From: a virus
Length of the DNA stretch: 64,000 nucleotides
Reading direction: 5' to 3' (one strand)
Virus record (IMG/VR): IMGVR_UViG_3300045988_183830
Span: 65,888-129,887 of that record
The notes under the pieces are model-generated. The model was not told the DNA's origin. It made no database searches and saw only the letters and a program-made list of their open reading frames with translations. Positions 39,650 through 48,787 of the stretch are shown one piece after another. The translations under genes and the position numbers were made by a program. Each line of letters begins with the position of its first letter. The first letter of the stretch is position 1.

Positions 39650-41878
39650 TTAGACCTTCAACCGTTTCTTGACGATTTTGACCATTGCCTTGGGGAAGGT
39701 GGACAGGTCAGTAATGTCAAGGAACTGGTCGCCGTAAATCTTCTTGAGGTACGCTTTGTCGTCGCCGATAGCTGCTGCAACAATCTCAACACCGCGCCGG
39801 CGATTGCGGGCTACGATGTCTTTGATGTCCTTCGCCGCAGAATCTCCACCATAGGAATCATCATTCGGCTTGCCATCCGAAATGATAATGAGGAGCTTCG
39901 TGCGCTCAGGTCTCGCATTCAGCAGGTTCGCAACGACCTCCAGAGCTGCACCATCACGGTTACAACCTCCGGTGGAGAGCTTGGCAAGGCGATACTTGTC
40001 ACGCTTACCAGCCTTCAGGAAGTCCGTATAGACGAACAGGTTGACCCTACCATGCATGGTCACGTTGTGGCCGTACACAGCGACAGGAACATGAACACGC
40101 TCTGCATAGTCATGCAGGAGCATGGTGGCCTTCATAGCGGCGCCCATGCGCTGTCCGCACATGGAGCCGGACTGGTCAACGAGAACAGCCACGGCCATGT
40201 CAGGCAGGTCCTGCGGCAGCTTGGTGTCGCTGAAGTACCGGCAGTCGGGACGCCACATATCATTGGCTACGATATCTCTACCGTACATCCGATTTCTGCG
40301 GACATCGCCATCTTGCAGGTCTTTCAGTTCCTGCTGCATCAGCTTCGCCAAACGCTTGGAATACTGTTTCACATCCTCCATCATTTCTCCGTAGAGCTTG
40401 ATGTTTGCGGGTGTTACTTCAACCTCGCGTTTGACGTCGATTTTATGACCCTTGTGCGTGGAGCTGCGGTCCATGATGTCAACATCAGCGATGATTTGGG
40501 ACTTCAAATCCTGTTCCATCTGAGCTTCGGCCATGTCACCGGCAACGGAGGAAATGATGGTCTGCAGGACATTTGCCAACATATTGTCAGCCTGCTCCTG
40601 CTTCTCATTCTTATCCTTTCCATCGCCGTTCTTACCAGCCACAGCAGCGGGAACGTTGCCCTTATTGGCATCATTACCGCCGGAACCGCTGCCGCCCTTT
40701 TTGCCCTTTTTCTTACCAGCAGACTGAGCATCCTTGGTAGCTTGCTTGGCTACGTTGGAAGCCTTCTGGTTCTTGGGTATCTGAGAGCCGCCGCCATTCT
40801 GTGCGCCCTGAGCGATTTGCTGGAGCACCTGCTGAATGGCATTTGCGCTGGGCTGGGAGACACCTCCGCCGCCCTGCTGGTTCTGGCTGTTTTGACCGCC
40901 GCCGGAGTTGCCGCCGGAAGAGGACTGGCCCTGCTGCCCACCCTGACCGTTCTGGTCGGAGCCGGACTGCTGACCTTGCCCCTGCTGGCCTTGGCCTGCC
41001 TGAGCATTCTGCTGCTTGTCACACTTATCTATTGCATCCTTGATGTAAGGCCACATAAAGAGAAGCATCACATTGATTTGAGCATACAGCTCTTTAGGGT
41101 TATCCGTGTTGGTGGCAAGCTCAATGGCCTGTGAGATGTCTGTCAGCTTCTTGGCGTACTCATTGGTATAGAGCGTCTGCTCATCCGCAACGAGAATTTC
41201 ACCGAAGCGTGCGAACTGGAGAACGAGGCTTGTCATGATAGACAGCGGCTCATTCTTGTTATTCGTATAGCCTTCCAGCGTGTGAAGCTGTCCCTGAAGG
41301 GAAGATGCTGCCATCTCAATACCACGTGCAACAATGCCGCCGTAGTAGTCGCTCATACGCTCCTCGTCGTGTGCGTCGATGATGCAGTTGACGAGTTCGT
41401 CCCGCAGCGACTTGAACACCTTGCGGTATTCAGGATGCTTCAGCGCCTCCTTCATCTCATCCAGTTCTGTCTCGTCGTCCGGTTCAGGCATCCGTCCGTA
41501 GAGTGTGCCGTTCTCTTCCAGTTCCTTGTCTGCCAGCGCATCGGCGCGGAAGTCGTGGAATCGGATGTGGGCCAACTCGTGATAGACGATACCCATAACC
41601 GTTGCGAATCGTGAGGAGGGGAGCTTATACCACGTGATGACACTATTCGCCGTATTCTGATAAAGATTATTCCCATCAGTACAGGCGGTGATGTCTGAGT
41701 TTGGGTTATGCATCAGAGAAACGGAGATGTGCTTGTCAAGGTCCTTCGTCATCGAATCGACTGTCGCCTGCACATGACTCCGAAACGCTTCACTGGTGTA
41801 GATGTCAGCATCCGTGAGCTTCTCGCTCATTTCATTAGCACCCACACGGATTTGCCTCCAGATAGATTTCTGGTCCAT
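39650..41878 (-). CDS. protein with an N-terminal HExxH putative metallopeptidase domain, a Gln/Gly/Ser-rich linker and a C-terminal vWA domain (DUF2201-like architecture)
   Basis: RBS gaaaggagaaatgacgc. The HExxH motif is GIVYHELAHIRFHDF. The low-complexity linker is QNAQAGQGQQGQGQQSGSDQNGQGGQQGQSSSGG. The vWA MIDAS motif is VLVDQSGSMCG. Confidence 0.7.
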   Translation of the reverse strand: MDQKSIWRQIRVGANEMSEKLTDADIYTSEAFRSHVQATVDSMTKDLDKHISVSLMHNPNSDITACTDGNNLYQNTANSVITWYKLPSSRFATVMGIVYHELAHIRFHDFRADALADKELEENGTLYGRMPEPDDETELDEMKEALKHPEYRKVFKSLRDELVNCIIDAHDEERMSDYYGGIVARGIEMAASSLQGQLHTLEGYTNNKNEPLSIMTSLVLQFARFGEILVADEQTLYTNEYAKKLTDISQAIELATNTDNPKELYAQINVMLLFMWPYIKDAIDKCDKQQNAQAGQGQQGQGQQSGSDQNGQGGQQGQSSSGGNSGGGQNSQNQQGGGGVSQPSANAIQQVLQQIAQGAQNGGGSQIPKNQKASNVAKQATKDAQSAGKKKGKKGGSGSGGNDANKGNVPAAVAGKNGDGKDKNEKQEQADNMLANVLQTIISSVAGDMAEAQMEQDLKSQIIADVDIMDRSSTHKGHKIDVKREVEVTPANIKLYGEMMEDVKQYSKRLAKLMQQELKDLQDGDVRRNRMYGRDIVANDMWRPDCRYFSDTKLPQDLPDMAVAVLVDQSGSMCGQRMGAAMKATMLLHDYAERVHVPVAVYGHNVTMHGRVNLFVYTDFLKAGKRDKYRLAKLSTGGCNRDGAALEVVANLLNARPERTKLLIIISDGKPNDDSYGGDSAAKDIKDIVARNRRRGVEIVAAAIGDDKAYLKKIYGDQFLDITDLSTFPKAMVKIVKKRLKV

Positions 41879-41899
41879 GCGTCATTTCTCCTTTCTTAT

Positions 41900-42322
41900 T
41901 TACTTGCGCCGGTTCTTGAAAATTTCAACAGTGAATTCAAGGCAGAAATCTGCCACCTGCAATCTATCACTCGAATTTCCTGTAAATACAGGCTCAACAC
42001 CGTTAGCGGCTGCCATTCTGTTGATGATATTACAGGCCTCTGCTGCAGCGTTGTGAACCGCTGTGCGTCCTCTGTCAATGGTCTCTACTGCATCCCTGAG
42101 GTCCTCGCCTTCGAGTCTATTGTGAGCAATGATGATGCGAGTTTCGCTCATATCAACCGTTTTCACATAGTCGAGAAAGGTCTGAGCACAGGTGTTTTCG
42201 ACGAGGTCATGAATTCTCTCAGCGTTAGGAGCATTGTTTTTCAGACCTTCTCCAATCTTGGCGCAAAGTGTCCTGTAGTTCTCGTAGTTAAAGAACTTGG
42301 CGTTCTTGTAGTTATAAGTCAT
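41900..42322 (-). CDS. hypothetical protein (140 aa)
   Basis: ATG follows the RBS agaaaggagaagacc. Confidence 0.5.
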   Translation of the reverse strand: MTYNYKNAKFFNYENYRTLCAKIGEGLKNNAPNAERIHDLVENTCAQTFLDYVKTVDMSETRIIIAHNRLEGEDLRDAVETIDRGRTAVHNAAAEACNIINRMAAANGVEPVFTGNSSDRLQVADFCLEFTVEIFKNRRK

Positions 42323-42399
42323 GGTCTTCTCCTTTCTTACTTTCGGTCCCGAAAGCAAGAAAAGAGGCCCCATGCCTCTCTTCTCCTTTCAGGACAAGC

Positions 42400-44277
42400 C
42401 TATGCCACCTTGCTGATGACCTGCGCCGCATTGGAACGAATCTCGTTCTGCTCGACGGGGTCATTCGTGCATTTGGCGATGAGGCACGTGTCAATGTAAT
42501 CTTCCAAATGAGCCATGTATCTGTCGTCACACTGCACGCAGCAGACGAGAGACTCCAGCTCGCAAATAGTGCAGGAACCTTCCGTGATTTCCTTGTCGGC
42601 GCAGTAGCTCCGAATCTGCTCAAACACGTCGTACAGAGCGTTCAGCGTCTTGTTGTCACGGCTCCAGCCGGTGTTGTACTTGATGCGCTCCAGCATAGCC
42701 TGCTTTTCGATTTCAGTGCTGTCGAAAATCATCCGGCAACGCCGAATAACAGACTGGTCGATGGGGCGGCAGGAAGCATAGCCGACGTTATCCGTGAATA
42801 CCACAACGGCATCCTTCTGACGATAGGTGAAGCCGCCATCCACCAGCGGAATCATAGCACCCGGCAGGTCGTACTGGTTCAGTGCGACCATAACGCCAGA
42901 GTCCTTGATACGGCTGATTTCCTGAATCTCGCAGATGTAACCGCGAGAAACGGCTTTCACGAAAGCGGACTCGACCACCTTCACAGGGGAAGTGCAGCCG
43001 GCGCGGGCAACCAACAGCTCAGAATACTTTGCGAAGCATTCCTCAGATGTGATGCCCGTGCCATCCTCGCCCGTCATGGTCGTCCACGCGGATTCGGGGT
43101 CGAAGGAAATCTCATCGAACGTGGGAAGTTCTCCACGCGCCGCATCCACGGGATTACAGGGGACGAACTCAGAAATCAGGTCCTTCGCCAGCATATCGGT
43201 ATGGCAGGTCAGCTCCAGCCGAGGAGTGTGCAGGATGCACGCCAGAACCTTCGTGCCGGTAGACTTACCGTAACCGGTAATGCCGCGCCACAGGAAGTTG
43301 CGGAAGGGTACGCGCATATTGGACGTAGCGACGATTTTGTCGGCCATCTCGATAACCTCAGGCTGAACCTTGAAGTCATCATCGAAGGTGGGAATCAGCA
43401 GTTCCTCGTCGGGCGTCCACGGGTGTGCGTCAGCCCACGCTGCGTATCTGAGCTTGGCAGCCTTCACGGTCATGCCCTTGGTAGAGCTTGAGGTGCTGTT
43501 GGCGGCCATTGTGCCACCGATGATGGTAGGTGTGCCGACAATGATGGTGCCGTTGAAAGCGCCGTTGTTGACCTTCTGCCGCGTCAACGTATCCATGTTC
43601 CCGTTCTGGACGTTCAGCGGGACTTTGCCCGTCTCACAGCCATAGTAGAACATATCACTGAAGATATACAGATAGTTGAAGGCGGTAGATGCTTCCACCA
43701 TGTGAGCGCCCCAATCAGCGGGGTACTTGGCGCACAGGGCGAGAATCTCGTCACGGACGGTCTTGAGTTCCGAGTTGTCATCCACGACAGCCAACTCCGG
43801 TGCCTCGTAGTAGAGGGACAGGACTTGGGGTGTCATTGCCAGCATAGCGCCGCTGAGGTCGATGTCGTCAGACTCAGAACCGATAGACGGAGTACCCGCC
43901 CACTGGCCGGAAGGCATCGTCACGGCGGCACCCAGTTTACCGACAGAAGGCGCATTGGTCTGGAACACCGTTTTATAGGTGAACAGCAACGTCTTCACGG
44001 TCGTGCCGGTAGAGTTGTCGCGGAACTCAGCGCTCCACAGATTGTCAGAGACCTGCAGCAGAGCATAGTCCTCGACAAAGCCGGGAATACCCAGATATGC
44101 CAGAAATGCTCTGGTTGCATAGGCGTGCAGCGTAGATTGCCCCTTCATAGACGGTCTCTGCGGCGCATTCCACTTGGAGAACGTCGTCGTGCTGCGGTTA
44201 GGCATTTGGTTCAGCCCGAAGGGGAGGGTACTGATGTCGAACCCTTTCTTACTTCTGAAGAGTACACAATTTGCCAT
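42400..44277 (-). CDS. MoxR/AAA_5-like AAA+ ATPase with an N-terminal extension of about 350 aa
   Basis: The true ATG follows the conserved module RBS gggagaaaggagaaaaagacc (ORF track starts 17 codons too early, inside the leader). Walker A is GITGYGKST. The MoxR-like Walker B/sensor segment is YICEIQEISRIKDSGVMVALNQ, followed by VVVFTDN. Confidence 0.7.
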   Translation of the reverse strand: MANCVLFRSKKGFDISTLPFGLNQMPNRSTTTFSKWNAPQRPSMKGQSTLHAYATRAFLAYLGIPGFVEDYALLQVSDNLWSAEFRDNSTGTTVKTLLFTYKTVFQTNAPSVGKLGAAVTMPSGQWAGTPSIGSESDDIDLSGAMLAMTPQVLSLYYEAPELAVVDDNSELKTVRDEILALCAKYPADWGAHMVEASTAFNYLYIFSDMFYYGCETGKVPLNVQNGNMDTLTRQKVNNGAFNGTIIVGTPTIIGGTMAANSTSSSTKGMTVKAAKLRYAAWADAHPWTPDEELLIPTFDDDFKVQPEVIEMADKIVATSNMRVPFRNFLWRGITGYGKSTGTKVLACILHTPRLELTCHTDMLAKDLISEFVPCNPVDAARGELPTFDEISFDPESAWTTMTGEDGTGITSEECFAKYSELLVARAGCTSPVKVVESAFVKAVSRGYICEIQEISRIKDSGVMVALNQYDLPGAMIPLVDGGFTYRQKDAVVVFTDNVGYASCRPIDQSVIRRCRMIFDSTEIEKQAMLERIKYNTGWSRDNKTLNALYDVFEQIRSYCADKEITEGSCTICELESLVCCVQCDDRYMAHLEDYIDTCLIAKCTNDPVEQNEIRSNAAQVISKVA

Positions 44278-44530
44278 GGTCTTTTTCTCCTTTCTCCCAG
44301 CCTGTAATAAGGACTTACGGGAATCCAAAAAATGTTATATATAGAAAAAGACAGTCACTTCCCAGAAAAGGGAAGTAACTGTCTTGATTCTTTGTGGTGA
44401 CTTGAAAACGGAGATAATCTCCTTTATAAAAATAGCTTCGTAATTATAATTCTATACTACCACAGTTTGATATTTTGTCAATCGCTTTTGCTGTAAAAAA
44501 AGAAGCTCCCGAAGGAGCTTCTTTTGAAAA
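44278..44530 (-). promoter_or_regulatory. regulatory module copy 1: terminator, promoter, operator palindrome, leader hairpin and RBS
   Basis: - Terminator: gaagctcccgaaggagcttc at 44495-44530.
- Promoter: minus-strand TTGACA (44476-81), 16-nt spacer, TGGTAGTAT (44454-62).
- Palindrome: GGAGATAATCTCC (44410-22).
- Leader hairpin: gacagtcacttccc...gggaagtaactgtc (44350-83).
- RBS region: conserved 40-nt block ...ggacttacgggaa. Confidence 0.6.
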
Positions 44531-44557
44531 AATGTGGTTTGTCTTGAAGCGAAAGAA

Positions 44558-45610
44558 TCAAAGGATTTTTGCTCGGACGGTATAGGTGAACGGAGCGACA
44601 CCATCATCCGAACTCGCATCCCACACTTCATGGATTTCGTCGATGGGTACACCTGCCACACGACGCCAAGCGACGTCATCGGCGAAACCATCAATCATCG
44701 GAATGTCCTCCAGAAGCGCATCAAGCGCACCGTCTTGGCGCAAGTCAATGTACTTCGGATTGAGCATAACTGCTCCCTCAGAGAGCAGCATACGCGCCCA
44801 GAGCTGGTATTCCAGCGACCAACGGGACGTTTCCGTCGGCAGGTCGCCATACAGCTCATCCAGTTTCCGCAGGATGGAAGCGCAAATCACACAACCTTCA
44901 GGATGTCCGTGATGCGTACCGAGATACGGCAGCTTTGCAAAGAACAGAGGATTCCCAGAATACTCATCTTCCGCATAGGCGTAAAACGTCAGCTTCATGT
45001 CAGCCGCCGCGAAGAACCGGTCAGGAAGGATGTCCTTCACTTTGCAGTTGCTCCAGACGACATCATCCGAAAGGAATCTGAAGCCGAGAGGCTCCGTTCT
45101 TTCCGGTGTGAGGTACTTCCACGCCATATGGCGAACGAGGGCAACGAAACCCAGCTCATGCCGCAGCGTCGGCACATCGTCAAAGATTCTGCGGATGTTT
45201 GCCCGCAGCTTCTCTTCGCTTCGTTCCACGCACTCGAAAAAGAGCTTGCAGGACGACCCGTTCGTGAACACAACGCTCAGTGTCACGAGCCAAGGTGCGA
45301 AATCGTCGGGTTTCAGAATGTAATCTTTCTGCCCAGTGCAGGCGACCGGCACAAACCAACCGCCCGCCTTAGCCTCGTTATACGAAGCGTCTGCCGCAGC
45401 ATAGGCGGTTGTTCTGAAGGCATCGTCGGTGTCCTTATCAGGAATATCAATGGCATCGCCCATGCAAATGTACTTGAAGGGGACGTACATTTCCACCTCT
45501 CTGACGCCGTCGCCATCTGCATCATCCGTATCGTGGCAGTAGCGCACGATGTGGACCAGTACGTTCTCGTCGCAGTGCTGCTTTCGCTTGTTTGAAATCG
45601 GATTATTCAT
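44558..45610 (-). CDS. hypothetical protein, paralog of 45624-46661
   Basis: RBS gaaaggagagcaaac. It shares the blocks FAKLP(D/Y)LG and LEYQLWARMLL(A/S)EGAVMLNPK with the adjacent gene. The overlapping plus-strand ORF 44534-45595 is rejected. Confidence 0.65.
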   Translation of the reverse strand: MNNPISNKRKQHCDENVLVHIVRYCHDTDDADGDGVREVEMYVPFKYICMGDAIDIPDKDTDDAFRTTAYAAADASYNEAKAGGWFVPVACTGQKDYILKPDDFAPWLVTLSVVFTNGSSCKLFFECVERSEEKLRANIRRIFDDVPTLRHELGFVALVRHMAWKYLTPERTEPLGFRFLSDDVVWSNCKVKDILPDRFFAAADMKLTFYAYAEDEYSGNPLFFAKLPYLGTHHGHPEGCVICASILRKLDELYGDLPTETSRWSLEYQLWARMLLSEGAVMLNPKYIDLRQDGALDALLEDIPMIDGFADDVAWRRVAGVPIDEIHEVWDASSDDGVAPFTYTVRAKIL

Positions 45611-45623
45611 GTTTGCTCTCCTT

Positions 45624-46661
45624 TCAGCCCGTCACGATGCAGGTAAACGCCTCATCGCCGGACTCACTCATATCATTCTCCCACGCCTCGGAGATTACGC
45701 TGATGGGTGTTTTGACAGCCTTGGCCCACGCAATACCGTCACCGCTGTCTTTCAGCATTTTATTGCCAAAAGCCAGCGTCTTGAATTCGTAGGTGCAATC
45801 GAAGAGGTCGAGGTGCTTCGGATTCAGCATGACCGCACCTTCTGCCAGCAGCATACGAGCCCAGAGCTGATACTCCAGTGCCCATTTTGCTGTGTCTTCA
45901 GGCAGGTCGCCGTACATCTCGTCCAGCTTCTGCAGCAGTTCTGCGATTGCGGCACGTCCCTCAGGCTTATTGTACCGTTCGCCCAAATCGGGCAGCTTGG
46001 CAAAGAACAGGGGGGATGCCGCATACTCGCCGTCGGAATAGGCGAAGAACGTCAGCTCCATGGCAGGGGGATTGAAGAACTTATCAGAGAGAATGTCCTT
46101 CACACCGCACTGGGCGAAGTTTACGCTGTCCGAAATGAGCCGGAAGCCGAACTGCTCCGTCCACTCACGAGTGAGGTCTCTCTTCGCCATGGCCGCAACC
46201 GTGTCAGAATGCCGCCCGCAGGTGTTTTCCGGCGCCACACGCGGCTCGAATCTCGCCCGCATATTGTTGACGATAGCTTCAGTGTCGTTGAGGACACTTT
46301 CGAAAAGCAGCCGGCAGCCGCGCCACGCTCCTTCGTCGGTGACGGAAAGGCTGATGATGTAGGGGGCAAAATCGGCGGGATGGAGAACCATTACCGTCTT
46401 GCCGCCGTCCTCAGTGACCTTCACAGACCAACCGCACTCGTTCCCGTATCGCTCGTTCTTCTTGAACGAAGCATTTGTGAGAACGGAAAAGTGCAGCTCG
46501 TGACCATCGCTGAAGACGCTCACAGAATCGCTCTTGCGGATGTCCTTGAAAGGAACGAAGGTGGTCTCGAATCTGTCGTACTTAGGGTTGTGGCGGTAGA
46601 CCTTAACCAACGTGTTCTCGTTGCAGAAGGATGCAGCGGCTCTGATAGATGTATTACCCAT
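45624..46661 (-). CDS. hypothetical protein, paralog of 44558-45610
   Basis: ATG follows the RBS aaagaaaggagaaaaatt. The ORF-track start at 46787 runs through the upstream RBS. Confidence 0.6.
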   Translation of the reverse strand: MGNTSIRAAASFCNENTLVKVYRHNPKYDRFETTFVPFKDIRKSDSVSVFSDGHELHFSVLTNASFKKNERYGNECGWSVKVTEDGGKTVMVLHPADFAPYIISLSVTDEGAWRGCRLLFESVLNDTEAIVNNMRARFEPRVAPENTCGRHSDTVAAMAKRDLTREWTEQFGFRLISDSVNFAQCGVKDILSDKFFNPPAMELTFFAYSDGEYAASPLFFAKLPDLGERYNKPEGRAAIAELLQKLDEMYGDLPEDTAKWALEYQLWARMLLAEGAVMLNPKHLDLFDCTYEFKTLAFGNKMLKDSGDGIAWAKAVKTPISVISEAWENDMSESGDEAFTCIVTG

Positions 46662-46695
46662 AATTTTTCTCCTTTCTTTTTGAAAAAAAAACAGC

Positions 46696-46914
46696 TCAGA
46701 TTTTGTCGAAATCATCGACGCCCGGAACGAGCGGCAGCGTGCGTCCATTATCCCAACGCATATGAATCTGGCCGTTATCGTCCACATAAGTGACTTTACC
46801 GGTCGTGCCGTCTGCCACAGGAAACTTGCTTTCGTCCATGTGTTTCAGTCTGATTCTTGTGCCTTCGGGATACTCTGTCCTGATGGATGCGATTTCCGCA
46901 GTGCTGTATGCCAT
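46696..46914 (-). CDS. DUF4314-like small protein
   Basis: RBS gaaaggagaatttcaa. The pattern GTRIRL..M.D...PV..GTTGKVTYVDDNGQIHMRWDNGRTLPLVPGVDDF matches my recall of DUF4314, which is common on Firmicutes conjugative elements. The match was not checked against a database. Confidence 0.45.
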   Translation of the reverse strand: MAYSTAEIASIRTEYPEGTRIRLKHMDESKFPVADGTTGKVTYVDDNGQIHMRWDNGRTLPLVPGVDDFDKI

Positions 46915-46981
46915 TTGAAATTCTCCTTTCTTTTTTGTGAAAGCAGGGGAGAGGCAGAGTGCCTCTCCCGCTGGCTTTGAT

Positions 46982-47149
46982 TTAACCGGTTATGACCGCT
47001 ACAATAACCAAAACAATGGTGAGCGCAATAGTACCAAAGGCAGCCGGAAGCATTTCTGGCTGGTCTGATTTTTTTGCGGCTATGACTGAGACGACCATTG
47101 CGGCGATGATAAGAACGACATAGGCTATAAACAAGGGGTTCGTCAGCAT
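46982..47149 (-). CDS. small membrane protein (55 aa)
   Basis: ATG lies after aaggac and the peptide is a single TM helix. The start is uncertain; the alternative is the upstream TTG at 47191. Confidence 0.35.
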   Translation of the reverse strand: MLTNPLFIAYVVLIIAAMVVSVIAAKKSDQPEMLPAAFGTIALTIVLVIVAVITG

Positions 47150-47174
47150 TTTGAACACGTCCTTCTCACCTCCG

Positions 47175-47336
47175 TTAATACCACCGAACAAGTGCGAACA
47201 GTTCCACCATAATAACGCCCACAGAAACGCTGCAGATGATTGGCGGTAAGAGGTCCTGTGTGTCCAGTCTCCTTATGCCAAGGAATATGCCGCACATCAC
47301 GAGAATGGTCAGTGCGAAGTAAAGAATAATCGACAT
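47175..47336 (-). CDS. small membrane protein (53 aa)
   Basis: ATG follows the RBS gaggtggagtaactcta. The ORF-track start at 47384 overlaps the upstream gene. Confidence 0.35.
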   Translation of the reverse strand: MSIILYFALTILVMCGIFLGIRRLDTQDLLPPIICSVSVGVIMVELFALVRWY

Positions 47337-47341
47337 TAGAG

Positions 47342-47983
47342 TTACTCCACCTCGCTCTTTTCCAGCTCGGAAAGGTTGTCGCATTCAAATCCGCAGGTCA
47401 TGCAGTGATATGGACCGTAGGGGTCAGACGACTCGTAGATGTTAGATTCGATTTCGTCGTTGATATTTCCGAGGAAATCTCCCGTTTCGATGTCAACCAA
47501 CACATCAATGTGGAGGACCTGATGACCAGAGAAAGATACGCCACCACAGTTGGGGCAGCAGCGGGTATATGCCTTCTGCTCCCGCTCTGATGTATCAGAT
47601 TCGATGTCTTCAAACGCTTCGGCGAGCGTGAGAAGCATCTCGTCGATTTCCTTAGCGTCATCGACAAGAATCGACAGCTTCGGAACGCCGGACTCACCTC
47701 TCATAGAAGCCTCTGCGAACAGTCCAACGTGTTCGTCGATGTCAAAGTCATCGTAGACACGGCGCACCGCAGCAGCCACACCGTCGCTGAAGTCATCGTC
47801 GGCGTACAGGTCGAAGGAATAGTCCTCGCCGGCAGGCGACCCCTGCCTGAAGGTGAATACTCCGCAAACCTTGTCCTCGTTGATGACCCAGCCCAGTGCT
47901 TCTGCCTTTTCGCGGTAGTTGGACGGAATCAGGTCAGGAACGCTGGTCTCGACCTCCGCAGCGTTTTTTTGGTTATTTTCCAT
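47342..47983 (-). CDS. acidic hypothetical protein with C-terminal Zn-ribbon (CPNCGG...CMTCGFEC)
   Basis: RBS gaaaggagaaaaatc. The protein is D/E-rich. Confidence 0.55.
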   Translation of the reverse strand: MENNQKNAAEVETSVPDLIPSNYREKAEALGWVINEDKVCGVFTFRQGSPAGEDYSFDLYADDDFSDGVAAAVRRVYDDFDIDEHVGLFAEASMRGESGVPKLSILVDDAKEIDEMLLTLAEAFEDIESDTSEREQKAYTRCCPNCGGVSFSGHQVLHIDVLVDIETGDFLGNINDEIESNIYESSDPYGPYHCMTCGFECDNLSELEKSEVE

Positions 47984-48007
47984 GATTTTTCTCCTTTCTT
48001 TTTTTCG

Positions 48008-48787
48008 TTAGGCTTCGACACCGAACACCTTTTTGCAGATGGAATGAATAGCCACGAACTGTTCCTGAAGCTGTGCCGGCACGAGGGAGACGGAGAGACC
48101 GGCATCGCGCCATACACTTTGGCCTGCGAATGCTTTGTCCCACAGTTCTCCACGTTCGTGCTGGGCCTCCAAGAGCCTCTCATAGCGTTCTTCTTCCGTC
48201 TTTGCAGCGTCAATGTACTGCCGTGTGTACTCGTTGAAGTCTGAAATATTCATCTCCGTCTGGTCGGTGTACTCAAAGCGGGGATATTGGGAGTCGATGA
48301 AATGGGCCGCTTCTCTGGTGAGATTGAACCCTTTCATGTAGGTACTGCCATTATCGCCCCTAAGGAACAGCAGTGACGCCTGCCAATCACGGGAGACGAT
48401 TTCGTAGATTTCAGTGATAACGTCGAGCAGATTTCTCTTCTGCTCTACTGTCAATGAAATCTTCCGTTTCTGAGCCTCCTTCTGCAGAATCTGTTCCGCA
48501 GAGCTTTTGGCACCATCCGTCATCGTAAAAGACGGCGTCCAGTCGTACATCAGAACACACTTATGGACGACGTTTGCGGCGATTGAAGCAAAAACAGGTC
48601 TGAGTTCCTCAACATCCTCTACAGACTTCTTGGCGAAGATGATGGCGAGCTGGCAGAAATCGAGCGAGTTGTAGACAGCGTCCACGAAAGACTTCCGCTG
48701 CACTTCCCGAATCTCACTGCCGAGCTTGACCAACTCCCCGATGTCGGTAGAGTTGATGCGCCAAGCGTCAAAGATTTTTGTGCTCAT
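48008..48787 (-). CDS. hypothetical protein
   Basis: The ATG at the fourth codon follows aaggaagg. The upstream GTG at 48796 is the alternative start. Confidence 0.5.
   Translation of the reverse strand: MSTKIFDAWRINSTDIGELVKLGSEIREVQRKSFVDAVYNSLDFCQLAIIFAKKSVEDVEELRPVFASIAANVVHKCVLMYDWTPSFTMTDGAKSSAEQILQKEAQKRKISLTVEQKRNLLDVITEIYEIVSRDWQASLLFLRGDNGSTYMKGFNLTREAAHFIDSQYPRFEYTDQTEMNISDFNEYTRQYIDAAKTEEERYERLLEAQHERGELWDKAFAGQSVWRDAGLSVSLVPAQLQEQFVAIHSICKKVFGVEA

Noticed and set aside
40650-40980. Gln/Gly/Ser-rich low-complexity nucleotide repeats inside the vWA gene
   Set aside because: This is a simple-sequence coding linker. It has no regular spacer/repeat structure, so it is not a CRISPR or tandem-repeat locus.
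40052-43491. Plus-strand ORFs antisense to the vWA and ATPase genes (40052-41134, 42508-43491)
   Set aside because: The minus-strand genes carry MIDAS, HExxH and Walker motifs and RBSs.
44534-46793. Plus-strand ORFs 44534-45595 (353 aa) and 45549-46793 (414 aa)
   Set aside because: The overlapping minus-strand genes are mutual paralogs with RBSs and fit the operon structure. The plus-strand ORFs lack RBSs.
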